Shown one piece after another: positions 1-11,978 of a stretch of DNA of 64,000 nt. This DNA is from Eledone cirrhosa (taxonomy: Eukaryota), in the NCBI GenBank assembly GCA_964016885.1, contig OZ024747.1, positions 43,834,001 to 43,898,000 of the forward strand, read 5' to 3'. A program made the position numbers and the translations under genes. Each line of letters opens with the position of its first letter. Position 1 is the stretch's first letter. The notes under the pieces are model-generated. The model had not been told where the DNA came from. It was given only the letters and a program-made list of their open reading frames with translations, and did not search any database.

Positions 1-195
1 GGTTGGCCCTTTGAATCACAGCTACAGTCCATCCGACAGGCTTCCAAACAGCTTCCCTCTACTCAGTTTCACTCACAAGGCTTGGGTCGACCTGAGGCTA
101 TGGTAAATGACATTTACCCAAGATGTCACACTGTAGGATTGAACCCAAAACCCAATGATTATGAAGGAAACTCCTTAACCATTTATCCATGCTGC
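1..195 (-). mobile_element. tRNA-derived SINE, decayed (family C)
   Basis: Minus strand shows a box-B-like ggttcaatcc followed by ttgggtaaatgtc and a body similar to copies at 29700 and 46135. Confidence 0.6.
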
Positions 196-1178
196 ATCCA
201 CACTTTGTAGCAAAGAACCAATAATTTTTATAAAGATCAGAATTTCACTTAAGTTTTTTATTGAAAGAGCTAAGAAGAAGAAGAAGAAGAAGAAGAAAAA
301 AGTCTTTCAATCAGAAACTCTCTTCTAGTCTCGATTAATTATATCTTAAAAAATGTAATCAGAGACTTCAAGTCTCAAACATTAACAGGTGTTGCTATTG
401 AATTGGTTAGAGCCTACGATTAAATAACTGAAGTTTGACATGTCTTTAAAATCAATTTCTACTGTTAATTATTCATTGCATAAAAATATTTTATTCTAGT
501 TTTAAGTAAAATACAATATCTTTAAGGGAATATATTTGAGTGTCTCAAATTAGTTTCATTTCTGTATTGGTATGCACTAAATTGAAATAAATATGAAGAG
601 TATGTAAATCAGCCAGTTTCATTACTTTCAGATGTTTTACCTATAAACTTTCTCCAGCACTCATAATGCAAAAAAGCAGCAGATATTAAAAAAATAACTT
701 TATTTCTAAAGTTGTGCTTTTGTAAGAATAGTCTTTCATTTAGAAAATTGTTTTTAATGGTTGCTTCTGACAGGACCTGATGGAATTTAGTAATATAGCT
801 AAATTTATTAGTAAAACTGATGCTCAGAACTATTTAAGAAACAGTTCTTACATAAAATTCTGTTGAAAGGTTTTAATATATGTTTGAACACTTTAAAAGA
901 AGCAGTTTTACATCATAGAACAAGGGTTAATAATGATGTGCTAAATATTACTTATCTTGGGGATTTAAACCATTTCAATAACAGTATATATAAGTAATAT
1001 TTATGTGTAAGTCTCCAATTTAAGTATATTTATGTCGACTGCAACATATATATTTTAATTATGTACGAATCTACAATATATATAAACTTCACTATGTATA
1101 TTTTAGTTATATATAAGTCTACAAAATTTATGTATAAACTATAATTTGTATAAAAAGTAAGTCAATCAGAAATATTAA

Positions 1179-1294
1179 TTATCTAGACGGAAGCAAGATG
1201 CAGTAAGCATCATTGGTATCTCCGATGATGTGAAATACATAGTCACTGATATCGTCACTAGTCGATGTTCTCAATGAGGCTCTTATATGCATGA
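1179..1294 (-). CDS. Candidate terminal exon of an unidentified minus-strand host gene
   Basis: Strong acceptor tttcttttcatgtattgcttttgcag; GC/CpG-richer than flanks; reads (x)MHIRASLRTSTSDDISDYVFHIIGDTNDAYCILLPSR* or (x)HAYKSLIENID*; no family recognised. Confidence 0.3.
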
Positions 1295-1580
1295 CTGCAA
1301 AAGCAATACATGAAAAGAAAAGCATTGGAGTCAAATATTATGATCACCAAATTTTCTTCTATCCCCCCATATTATTGTTAATTAAAGCATGACTCACTAA
1401 AATAGATCTAATAATAATGTAAGGTTTATTGTTGTTGAGTAGCTTACAGTTAGCTTCACTTGAGTAGATTTATAGCATCAAGCTAGTTACTTGCAGTCTC
1501 TAGATTAGCTAGTGGTTAATAAATAACAGATAATAAATAATCAACTCCATCATATTGTAGATGTCATGTTCCAGCCTGGT

Positions 1581-1822
1581 TTAACCCCTTTCACATCAAA
1601 CTACATAAAGCCACCACTAGTTTTATGTTACAAAACTATTTATATTCATTTAAAAACCTTTCATAATAATTTTATGTAAGGATCTTTGTTAACGTATATT
1701 CCAAACACTAGTAATGAGAAAAGTAGTTATATTACTAAATCCCTCAAAATTATTGTTTATTTTCCAAATTATTTGAAAATCATAGGCAATGTCTTTCATT
1801 ATAAATATGCTAACAAAAGAGT
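1581..1822. mobile_element. piggyBac-type MITE, family B (decayed)
   Basis: Begins ttaacccctttc; internal sequence similar to the copies at 40962 and 43560. Confidence 0.5.
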
Positions 1823-3148
1823 TGATACAAAACTGCTCTTTGTTATAAGAGTATATATTTCGAGTGAGATGTAGTCAACATCATCAATGTCAATTAACGA
1901 TTGTTTTCCCTGCTAGCAAGAGTTTGTGTATTTATCATCATCACTGTTTAATGTTGATTTTTCGTGCACTTCCTAATGCCACCCACTTAACTGCACGTAT
2001 TGTGAGCTTTCTCTTGCAACATCAGAACTACCACCTTGCAGAGTGGACTGGGTGCTTTCTGTTGTCATACCAACACAAACACATTACACTCATATATATA
2101 TATATAACGATTATACGACAGAAAATTCAAGTGGGTATTGAACCTATCAATTCATTTTTGTTACTGGTCTAAGATTATATTTACATTTGATATAATACAT
2201 AGCTTGGCAGAAGAAAATTAAACTGTTGATTGTAATGCTACAATACTTCAATAACTGTTTGTACATTTGTCCTTTATGACACTCAATATTCAATCATTTG
2301 AAAAACAAAGTAAAATTACAGCATTGATTATTTAGAATATTTCATAAAGAGAATTTCTGAAATGTTTGTGAAGTGTTTAATATAATATGAAAATTGATTT
2401 GATCTCTGGAATTTTATATAGCATAAAACATTTTGTTTTTCAGAAATTAGTTTGAAGATTAAGTTAGAACTGAACAAAGAATACATTGTTTAATTATTTT
2501 AATGTCTAAATTTGTGTGTTAAACATAGCTACATATTTTGAAATAGAAATAATTAAATTTGATAAAGAAGGAAAACAACAACACTTTTGAATATGTTGAT
2601 ATTAGAAGAATGAAGGGTGAAAGAAACAAAATGTTGTGCTAAAATATTTCACATTTACAGTATTTAGTATCACTCCTCTTAGTTTCAAGTTCACATATTG
2701 TCAAACCATACACTGCCTATCCTCCTTCAAGAGGTAATCATAAAACTAAAATTGATTCTGATAACTATACTATCCCACTAAAATTGACTTGTGCCTTTTC
2801 AAAAATCAATATTAGAAATACAAACACACATCTCTCTATATGTATGTATGTGTGTGTGCATGCGTGCATGCATGCTCTCATGGTCTTGATTTTCCCGTTC
2901 TTGTCCCTCAAAAACCAGATAGTATATGAAATAAAAGTTTATTGATTTTTCTATAAAATTATAACACCTTTTATAAGCTTTCAGTACAAAAGTTGTGATC
3001 AAACATCGTTTGAGAGAATCATTTATGGTGGCTGTCCTTTCTATATTCATACAGCCATAAAATATCTTCAATCTTGGTTGAGCTGCACTCTTTTTAACTT
3101 GCAAAAGTAGCGGCCCATCTATAATAACTGGCTCTTACTGACAACAGA

Positions 3149-3222
3149 TCAAAGGCAGGGAAACTCCTTGAAGCTATTCAATGCCCTTTCACATGGCTGA
3201 AGATGATAATCTGTCAGCCAAT
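3149..3222 (-). CDS. Candidate terminal exon (weak)
   Basis: Acceptor catcatttcag in unique, GC-richer sequence; reads (x)WLTDYHLQPCERALNSFKEFPCL* or (x)LADRLSSSAM*. Confidence 0.2.
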
Positions 3223-3701
3223 CTGAAATGATGTACTCACTCACATCGTACACGGGGGGGGGGGGGGGGTGATTAAAGAAGGAATTTATCAAATAATTTC
3301 TGAGGCTTTAAATCACTTTCAGTTGTCAACATTAAATAATTAAAATATTGAAAAGAGAGATTCGGGGGAGGTCGTCAATGAATAAATAAATAAATATAAA
3401 TAAACTAACAACATTAGCAACATAAAAGTTTCTTTTATGAATATTTGTATTTATGGAACACTTATTAATTGCAGCATGTGTTACCATTAATATCTGATCA
3501 AAGAAAAGTTGTAATACCTTTTGCTACCCTTCATGTATTTCCCAACGACTTACAGGAAAAGGAAGCAGTTTTGAGATTTAAAGAATTTCAAGAAATATAT
3601 ATACTCACACACATTCACATTTCCAAAGTTTCGGTTACCTCGATATTGTATATATACAGATATAAATTCATCATCATCATTATATATGATGAATTTATAT
3701 T

Positions 3702-3750
<49 letters not shown>

Positions 3751-3845
3751 TATAGATCATCTGAGATTGTGTGAATGTGTATGAAGTTCATACATTCAGT
3801 ATTTCAATATGTAAACATGTCAGGTGAATTGAAAAACGATATTAA

Positions 3846-3894
3846 ATATCTTGAATTGATTTTCGAACCTTTTCGGGTTCTATACAGAAGACAT
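3846..3894 (-). ncRNA. Degenerate type I hammerhead ribozyme
   Basis: atgtctt-CTGTATA-gaacc(cgaaaa)ggttc-GAAA-atcaat-TC-aagatat: stems I and II intact, core mutated from CUGANGA. Confidence 0.55.
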
Positions 3895-4084
3895 GCATAT
3901 CATGTAAAAAAAATATGGAACTGAGAGACTTATTACACCTTATCACTAATGCCACCTCTATACGCTATATACATTTACATGTATGTAAATGTATATAGTG
4001 TATAGATACATACATGTGTGTGTGTGTATATATATTATAAATATATGTGATGTGGAAAATAGACGTTAAACGATGATGTTGATA

Positions 4085-4287
4085 GCAGAATCAGTAGAAT
4101 GTCGGACAACATGCTTAGTGGCACAGAGTCATGGTCCTTTACGTTCTGAGTTCAAATCCCACTGACGTTAGCTTTGCCCTTCATCCTTATGGGTTCGATA
4201 AAATAAAGTACCAGTCATGCACTGGGGTCGATTTAATCCACTTTCCCCCTCCCCCCAAATTGTTGGCCTTGTGCCTAAATCAGAAAT
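4085..4287 (+). mobile_element. tRNA-derived SINE family B
   Basis: Box B gagttcaaatccc, then ctttgcccttcatccttatgggttcgataaaataaagtaccag, which resembles a Deu/Nin-type conserved SINE domain; several copies in the window. Confidence 0.75.
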
Positions 4288-5833
4288 CACGATGCAGCCA
4301 TAGTGCTGTATTTTTTAAGAATGTTTTGCTAATGCTACAGAATGTTGAGAATTAATACCGAATATATTAGATATCTATGATACATATTAATGGCTAAACT
4401 TTGGTTTTTCTGCATACTGTTTAAAACAATGAGAGGAATAATAAAAGGGCAAATGAAGTGTTGCCTCTTCTAACTTCTATAGAGAGGCATAATATATGTA
4501 CAACAGTTATGTCTGTTTGATACTGATAAGTGATTTCCTTATGTCTATAAGTGTTTTTGATTTATCTCAGTAATTTACAATGCTTTTCAAAGTCTGATAA
4601 CCGGATTTATAAGTAAGAAAGATGTAATATAGAGTAGTAGATTGCTAATCATGAAAAATACAGAATACAATATAGACACATTTTGCAAAATATTTATTAC
4701 CAGCACAAATAAATTGCCTTTAGAAAACAAAGCAGACCAGACAGTAAATAGGTGCAGAGTTTCTAATATGTTACATTCAGTAATTGCAAATATAAATAAA
4801 ACAATTCTCTTTACAAAATAATAGATTTCATGTTTTTCTTCCAATGTTTTGAAAAATAAAAATAAAAAGGCAATGAAAAATAAATGTTCAGAAATTGGAT
4901 GTAAATAGAATTGAAATGATACAAAAGTAGTGTTTTTTTTAATGGCTTTAAAATTGTAAACATATAAATGATATGGTGCTAAAGAGTTAAAATGTGAACT
5001 ATGCGTTGATAAAACACAATTGTATAATACAGTCAAGTCAATAAAGACTATGCTTTCTTGTTTTGGTTTTTTTTTTTTTAATTTGTATAATAAAAATTTA
5101 TTTCCTATAGATAAAGGAGAAGTATAAAAATTCAGAACATTTTCTGCTTGAGAGATAAATTTTAAGATTAACAGTGTAAAGCTGTCTTGTGCAGCAGGTT
5201 ATGTATTATCTATGGGGAAAAAACAAAACAAAACAAAGACAATACACAGAAGAGACACAACTAGCACAGGCTAGTCATAGATTATTTAAAAGAATGTGAA
5301 ATGCTAGAGGTATTTTATTACTTTTGAAAAAGCTCATTGGTTGGGAAGGAGGAGGAGAAGGAGATTAAGGGATTTCATTTACAATCATTAGAGTTTATAT
5401 ATATGTATGTATAAACTATCCCACCCCCTCTTTCTGTGTATGTCATCATCATCATTGTATGTATGTATATATATGTGTGTGTGTGTGTATATCATCATCT
5501 TCACCATTTAACCTCCATTTCTCCACACTAGCATGGGTTAGACGAGTTGTCCTGCTGTGAGACAAGTTTGATTAGATAAACATATCCTACTCATATAGGA
5601 CCATTTCTGCTTTGGTTTCTATTACTGGATGCCCTTCCTAATGTCAACCACATTTACAGCATGGACTGGGTGATATGTGTTTGTGTGTGTAGAAAAAGAA
5701 AACATCCGTATGTGCGAAAAAGAACAAAGGAAAACAGTTCTCAGTCAAGGATGAAAGCTGATATATTATTTATGTTCATACACGTGTATGAACATAAATA
5801 AATAACACACACACACACACACATATATATATA

Positions 5834-6245
5834 TCATCATCATACATCCGCTTTTCCCTGCTTGAAAGGGTGGGACGGGAACTGATTCTGGCTCGATTTC
5901 TACAGCTGGATGCCCTTCCTAACACCAACCTCATTTACAGTGAGTGCTGGGTGCTTTTTTTGCCATGGCACATCCACGACCACTTTACAGTGTGGGCTGG
6001 GTGCTTTTTTTTTCCGTGGCACATCCACGACCACTTTACAGTGTGGGCTGGGTGCTTTTTTTTTCCGTGGCACATCCACGACCACTTTACAGTGTGGGCT
6101 GGGTGCTTTTTTGCCGTGGCACATCCACGACCACTTTGCAGTGGAATGATAGGGACCCCAGTCCTATCATCTCATTTCTATAGCTGAGTAAACTGGAGCA
6201 ATGTGAAATAAAGTGTCTTGCTCAAGGAAACAACATATCACCTGG
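5834..6245 (-). mobile_element. SINE family A, (GAT)n-tailed, with internal tandem amplification
   Basis: Near-identical to the copies at 21235 and 60473; a ~43-bp unit is repeated 3-4 times at 5930-6140. Confidence 0.85.
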
Positions 6246-6329
6246 TATATATATATATATACACACACACACATATATATAGTGAAAATAATTGAAGTCA
6301 GGTTTGCAGCTTATGTAGTAACTTTATTT

Positions 6330-6414
6330 GCATGTTACAATTGTTTCAATATCGATCAGCTTGGGTGTGATCAAGGCAAGGGGATCGCAGTCCTTGACAT
6401 CATCTCAGATATGC
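6330..6414 (-). ncRNA. Type I hammerhead ribozyme with long stem II and altered core
   Basis: gcatat-CTGAGATGA...tcaagg..ccttga...GAAAC-aatt-GTA-acatgc; palindromic stem III acaattgt. Confidence 0.6.
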
Positions 6415-6546
6415 GAGTTTACATTTGTGATCCACATCTAAACTGTTGACAGATGTCCTATGTTCTTTCTATATAACTTATTACTGAGGTCTCGGTAGGG
6501 TGGGTGGGGAACTGGAGTAGGTAAAAAAAAAACAGTATATTTTTAT

Positions 6547-6756
6547 TTAACCAGTCATATCCGGCCAGAATTCTCTCACTTCTTTCTGTTCAAACTGGCT
6601 ATAACTGGCTGCTCATACTTATGTAAGGTATTGTTCTCAAAATAAATAATATCAAAATCTCATAGATTCAAAGTTACGCGAGATAATTATGTCAGACAGC
6701 CTTTTCTGTGAAAAGGCAATAGTATATATAGAGTCATATGAATGCTAAAGGGTTAA
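6547..6756. mobile_element. piggyBac-type MITE family A (reverse orientation, one end deleted)
   Basis: Ends aatgctaaagggTTAA; body is the reverse complement of the copies at 28076 and 34592. Confidence 0.75.
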
Positions 6757-7750
6757 AGATAACTAATCAAGGGGGGATGGGTACAGTTGAAGAAAGGGGA
6801 AATAACAAAAGAGAAAATGAGAAGAGAAGAAAAAGAGAGAGAAGAGAGAAAGAAGAGAACCAAAAGGTGAAGGGGAGAGAAATATAGATAAAATTAAAGG
6901 ATTGTAGAGAAAATTTGTAGAAAATAAATTTGATGTCCTTTGGCACCACTGTTACTAATGGTTTTACAGTCAGCAGGGATTCTTTGAGGTATTTCCTAGT
7001 TAGGTATTTGTAATTAGAATTGGGTCATTGTTGGTGTGTCTTCTGCCCCAACAACAACAATGGACGCCACACCAGCAGCATCACCGTTACTATTGACAAC
7101 AAGGGTAGCAGGTGCTGTATTTTGATATCAGCTGAACTATTGTTAGAAGAAGTAGAAGAAGCAGAATAATAATAAGATGATGATAGAGAAGATGATGAAG
7201 AAGAAGAAGAAGAAGGATGTTAGTATTGGACCAGAATCCAGTAAAGTGGGGTGAAGTGGAATGGAACTAAGATGAATTAAAATAAAATAGACTAGAGTAA
7301 AGAAATAATAAAGTAAGTAAAGGAGGTGGGCTGAAGTAATATACATAAGGGTCAGATAAGATAGATAAATAAGGTGAATATATGAAGTGAATTGAAGGAG
7401 TAAAACGTAAGGGCAAATATTACGTGGGTGGGGTAGTCCGTTATTGGTAAATTATCACAGTGCCGAGAATGTTGAGTTTCTGAAATGTCTGTATTTTAAC
7501 AAACCCCATAACATAGAGTGCTTAGGGCAGCACACTACAAGTAATCACAAGTTACTCAAATAATATATATATATATATATTTATTAAAATAACTGCTCTA
7601 CGGTTCTTATATATTTGATATATATTTTCCTTATCGAGCCCTCTTTGGATTTTAGTCTTCAATTTTATTATTATTACTATATATATATATATATATATAT
7701 ATCATCAGTGTTTTTTTAACATCTGATTTCCCTACTAGCAAGGGTATATA

Positions 7751-8139
7751 TCATCATCATCATCACCGTTTTATGTCCGTTCATCCACGCTAGCATGGGT
7801 TAGACAGGTAGTCCTGTTGTGGGTAGTGTCCGGTCGGTTGCCCTTGTCTTGCTCATGCGGGAACTGATTCTGGCTTGATTTCTACAGCTGGATGCCCTTC
7901 CTAACACCAACCTCAATTACAGTGAGTGCTGGGCGCTTTTTTGCGGAGGTACCTCCACGAACACTTTGCAGTGGAATGATAGGGACCCCAGTCCTATCAT
8001 CTCATTTCTACAGTTGAGTAAACTGGAGCAATGTGAAATAAAGTGTCTTGCTCAAGGAAACAACATCACCCAGTCTGAGAATTGAACTCAACCCTTTGAT
8101 TGCAAGGCCAATGCTCTAACCACTAACCTATGTGCCTCC
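7751..8139 (-). mobile_element. Full-length tRNA-derived SINE family A
   Basis: Box A taggttagtgg, box B gagttcaattctc, ccttgagcaagacac central motif, 3' cccatgctagcgtgg and (GAT)n tail. Confidence 0.9.
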
Positions 8140-8397
8140 ATATACATATATATATATGCAGATATACATATATGCACATATACATATATGCACATATATA
8201 TATATATGCACATATATATACACACATATATATACACACATATATATACACACATATATACACACACATATATATACACACATATACACACATATATATA
8301 CACACACACACACATACACATATATATATATATATACACACACACATATATATATACACATACACACACATACACATATATATATATATATACACAC

Positions 8398-8428
<31 letters not shown>

Positions 8429-8836
8429 TATATATATATGTACACACACATATATATATATATACACATACATATAAATATACATACATATAAATATACA
8501 CACACATATATATATACACATACATATATATATATACACATACATATATATATACATACATATATATATATACATACATATATATACACACACATATATA
8601 TATATATATACACACACATATATATATATATATACACACACATATATATATACACATACATATATATATACACATACATATATATATACACATACATATA
8701 TATACACATACATATATATATACATATATATATACATACATACATATATACATATATATATACATACATACATACATACATATATATATACATACATACA
8801 TACATACATACATACATACATACATACATACATACA

Positions 8837-8901
<65 letters not shown>

Positions 8902-8924
8902 ACATATATATACATATACATATA

Positions 8925-8957
<33 letters not shown>

Positions 8958-9379
8958 ACATATACATATATACATATATACATACATATATATATATATA
9001 CATACATATATATATATACATACATATATATATATACATACATATATATATATATACATACATATATATATATACATACATATATATATATACATACATA
9101 TATATATATACATACATATATATATATACATACATATATATATATACATACATACATATATATATATATATACATACATATATATATATATATACATACA
9201 TATATATATATATATACATACATATATATATATATATACATACATATATATATATATATACATACATATATATATATATATACATACATATATATATATA
9301 TATATACATACATATATATATATATATATACATACATATATATATATATATATACATACATATATATATATATATACAT
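8140..9379. repeat. (TA)n/(CA)n/(TACA)n compound microsatellite
   Basis: Direct reading. Confidence 0.98.
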
Positions 9380-11056
9380 AACTTTGAAATGTTTTGGCCA
9401 GTATTGGCCCAGGCCATGTCTAACTTAATAGCACCACCTGGCGAAGTCTTTCAATTCAGGATTTGGGCACCATGGCCCATTCGAGAAGAGAATTACTGTT
9501 TGCGGAGACATATCCGGGTGTGGGTGGTTTGTCTGGGATTACTTGGAGGAATTTGTCCAAAGACTTCTTGAATTTTGTGTGGTCAGTTTCTGTTTTGACG
9601 TGTCCTGGTGTGATGTTGAAGAGAGCAGGGCCGACTGAGGTGAAATAATTGTGCCGTATTGTTATGAGTTGCGATTTAGATTTTTGAATGGGACGGATAG
9701 CACGGGGCCCAAGCCTTGGGTGTATCTTGAAGGCGATGCCAACATCATTTGGGCAGTGATGATGGAACATTTTCCACATCATGCAGATAATATAACGCTC
9801 ACCGCGACGTTGGAGTGAGTAAAGTTTCAGGTTTTCTAATCGACCCCAGTAGTCAAGGTCTGACATGCCATCTATCTTTTTCGTGATTGCCCTTTGAGGA
9901 GCTTCAAGTTTCATGATACTTTGTTTTGTGTGGGGAGACCACAGTGGACAACAGTATTCAAGGTGTGGTCGGGCAAAAGTAGAGAAGAGAAGGATAATGG
10001 TGCGGGAATCTCTCGACTGGAAGGTTCTGAGGATCCAGGAACACATTCTGCGGGCCATGTCAACTTTGCTGCTTATATGCGTGGTCCAGCTTATGTTGCT
10101 GTCCACGGTTACTCCCAAGTCTCTGATGTTGTTAGATGCCACGAGAGTTTCCCCGGAGGGAAGGGAGTACGGGAGTTTCAGAGCATCCTCTTTTCCAAAG
10201 TGGATCAGTTCGAATTTGTCTTCGTTCAGTAACATGTTGTTCTTTACTGCCCATTGGGTAACAGCCAGTAGGTCTGACTGAAGGCTTATCCGGTCATCCA
10301 CGCCATTGATGACCTTTTGGAGCTTGGAATCATCAGCGAAAATTTTAATGTTGCTGTGTTTGATGATGTCAGTGATGTCATTAATATAGATGATGAAGAG
10401 AAGTGGGCCCAACACAGTGCCTTGTGGGACCCCACTACTGACTTTGGCTGGGCTTGATTTGACTCCCTCAACTACAACATGTTGGGTTCTGTTTGACAGG
10501 AAGCTCTTGATCCACTGCAGCAGCTTTCCAGTGACACCAATATTGGACAGCTTTCTCAGTAGAATGTTATGATCAACCCTGTCAAAGGCCTTGCTGAAAT
10601 CAAGGTAGATAACATCAGTGTTGGAACCCTCTCCCAAGGCTCTCAAAATGTCATCAAAGTGATGCAGTAGCTGCGTCAGGCAATCCCTTCCATTACGGAA
10701 TCCATGCTGGTTGGAGTTCAGCATATTGTTACTCTCAAGGAAGTGGGCCACTCTCTCAAATACCTTAATGATATGAGAGGTGAGTGAGATTGGACGGTAA
10801 TTCACGGCAAGGGATTTGTTTCCCTTTTTGAAAACTGGGACAACAGACTGGGATAGAAGGTTTTCTGGCACATATCCAGCATCCAGTGAGTTCCGCCACA
10901 GATTGGCAAGAGGAGATGCAAGTTGGTGTTGACACGCCTTCAAGACACAAGCAGGGAACCTATCGGGACCTACTGCTGAATTATGCTTGATTTCCTTTAT
11001 TGCCGCCAAGACATCAGGGGCGCCAAACGTTATGTCCGATAAGGTGTAATGGGGAG
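9380..11056 (-). mobile_element. 5'-truncated CR1/L2-group LINE; reverse transcriptase ORF2 fragment (stop at 9456)
   Basis: [57 protein letters not shown] motifs; flanked by TA arrays on both sides. Confidence 0.92.
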
Positions 11057-11137
11057 TATATATATATACATACATATATATATATATACATACATCAGGG
11101 GCGCCAAACGTTATGTCCGATAAGGTGTAATGGGGAG

Positions 11138-11380
11138 TATATATATATACATACATATATATATATATACATACATACATATATACATACATACATACAT
11201 ATATACATACATATATATATACATGCATATATATATATACATACATACATATATATATACACATATATATACACATATATATATACATATACACACAAAT
11301 ATATATATACATATGCACACAAATACATATGCACACAAATATATATGCACACAAATATATATACACATATATATATATAT
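11138..11380. repeat. (TA)n/(CA)n microsatellite
   Basis: Direct reading. Confidence 0.95.
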
Positions 11381-11630
11381 TCAGCATCCGATACCTTTTT
11401 CGCCCCAACTCTCCTGCTCTGAGCCGGTGCTACAGTAAAGCCAGAGTCCTGGTGTTTCTCCAGTGCAAGGCGCATACAATAGTCCACTACGATGATAAAA
11501 AGGTAGGGAGCCAATGTATCTCCCTGGAGCACTCCAGCCAGTATCTCAAAGAACTCTGTCATCCCATCAGGTGTAATGACTTGGGATTTGGTGTTGGTGT
11601 AGAGCAGTGATATCAGGTCCACTATCCTCA
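11381..11630 (-). mobile_element. RTE-group LINE RT fragment (inverted 5' segment)
   Basis: [19 protein letters not shown]...DAEY, ending just before the YADD motif. Confidence 0.85.
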
Positions 11631-11922
11631 CAGAGCTGTATGGGAGCATCCCAAAAGTCAGCTCAAAAGTGACACAGAGGAGACTGAGGTTGGCTGGACA
11701 TGCTCACCGACATCCAGAATTGACATTGCACTCAGTGCTCCTTTGGGAGCCCCTACATGGACACACTAGAAGAGGAAGACGAAGGTTAACATATGTTGAT
11801 GCCCTGAGGACAGACACTGGTCTGTTGGAGATGCAGGATATGGCAGCGATAATGAGGGACAGAGACCGCTGGAGAGAACTCGTCCATGGATCTCGGGAAT
11901 TTTACCCGCCTTAGATAGATAG
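11631..11922 (+). mobile_element. RTE-group LINE 3' end with (GATA)n tail
   Basis: [29 protein letters not shown]; almost identical to 17421-17712. Confidence 0.88.
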
Positions 11923-11944
11923 ATATATATATATATAAACACAT

Positions 11945-11975
<31 letters not shown>

Positions 11976-11978
<3 letters not shown>

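Larger units (their letters stand above)
6282..7560 (-). mobile_element. Decayed Penelope-like element, 3' part and pLTR
   Basis: HHR-like motif near the 3' end, pyrimidine-rich UTR, eroded coding remnants (KYLTRKYLKESLLTVK), ends in a TA repeat; interrupted by a MITE. Confidence 0.5.

Noticed and set aside
1250-1294. Resemblance of HIRASLRTST to the kinesin light chain tail motif KLRASIRRSS
   Set aside because: Too short and no other KLC-like sequence nearby; probably chance
5930-6140. CRISPR-like or tracrRNA-like look (ggtgctttt, gtggcac) of the tandem units
   Set aside because: No unique spacers and no cas genes; the units are internal SINE tandem repeats in eukaryotic DNA
4587-7346. Hydrophobic ORFs at 4587, 6767 and 7143 resembling membrane proteins
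   Set aside because: Products of T-rich low-complexity strands and decayed PLE UTR; no domain motifs
8060-8139. tRNA gene
   Set aside because: Box A and box B are present but continue into a SINE body without a proper acceptor stem; it is a SINE head
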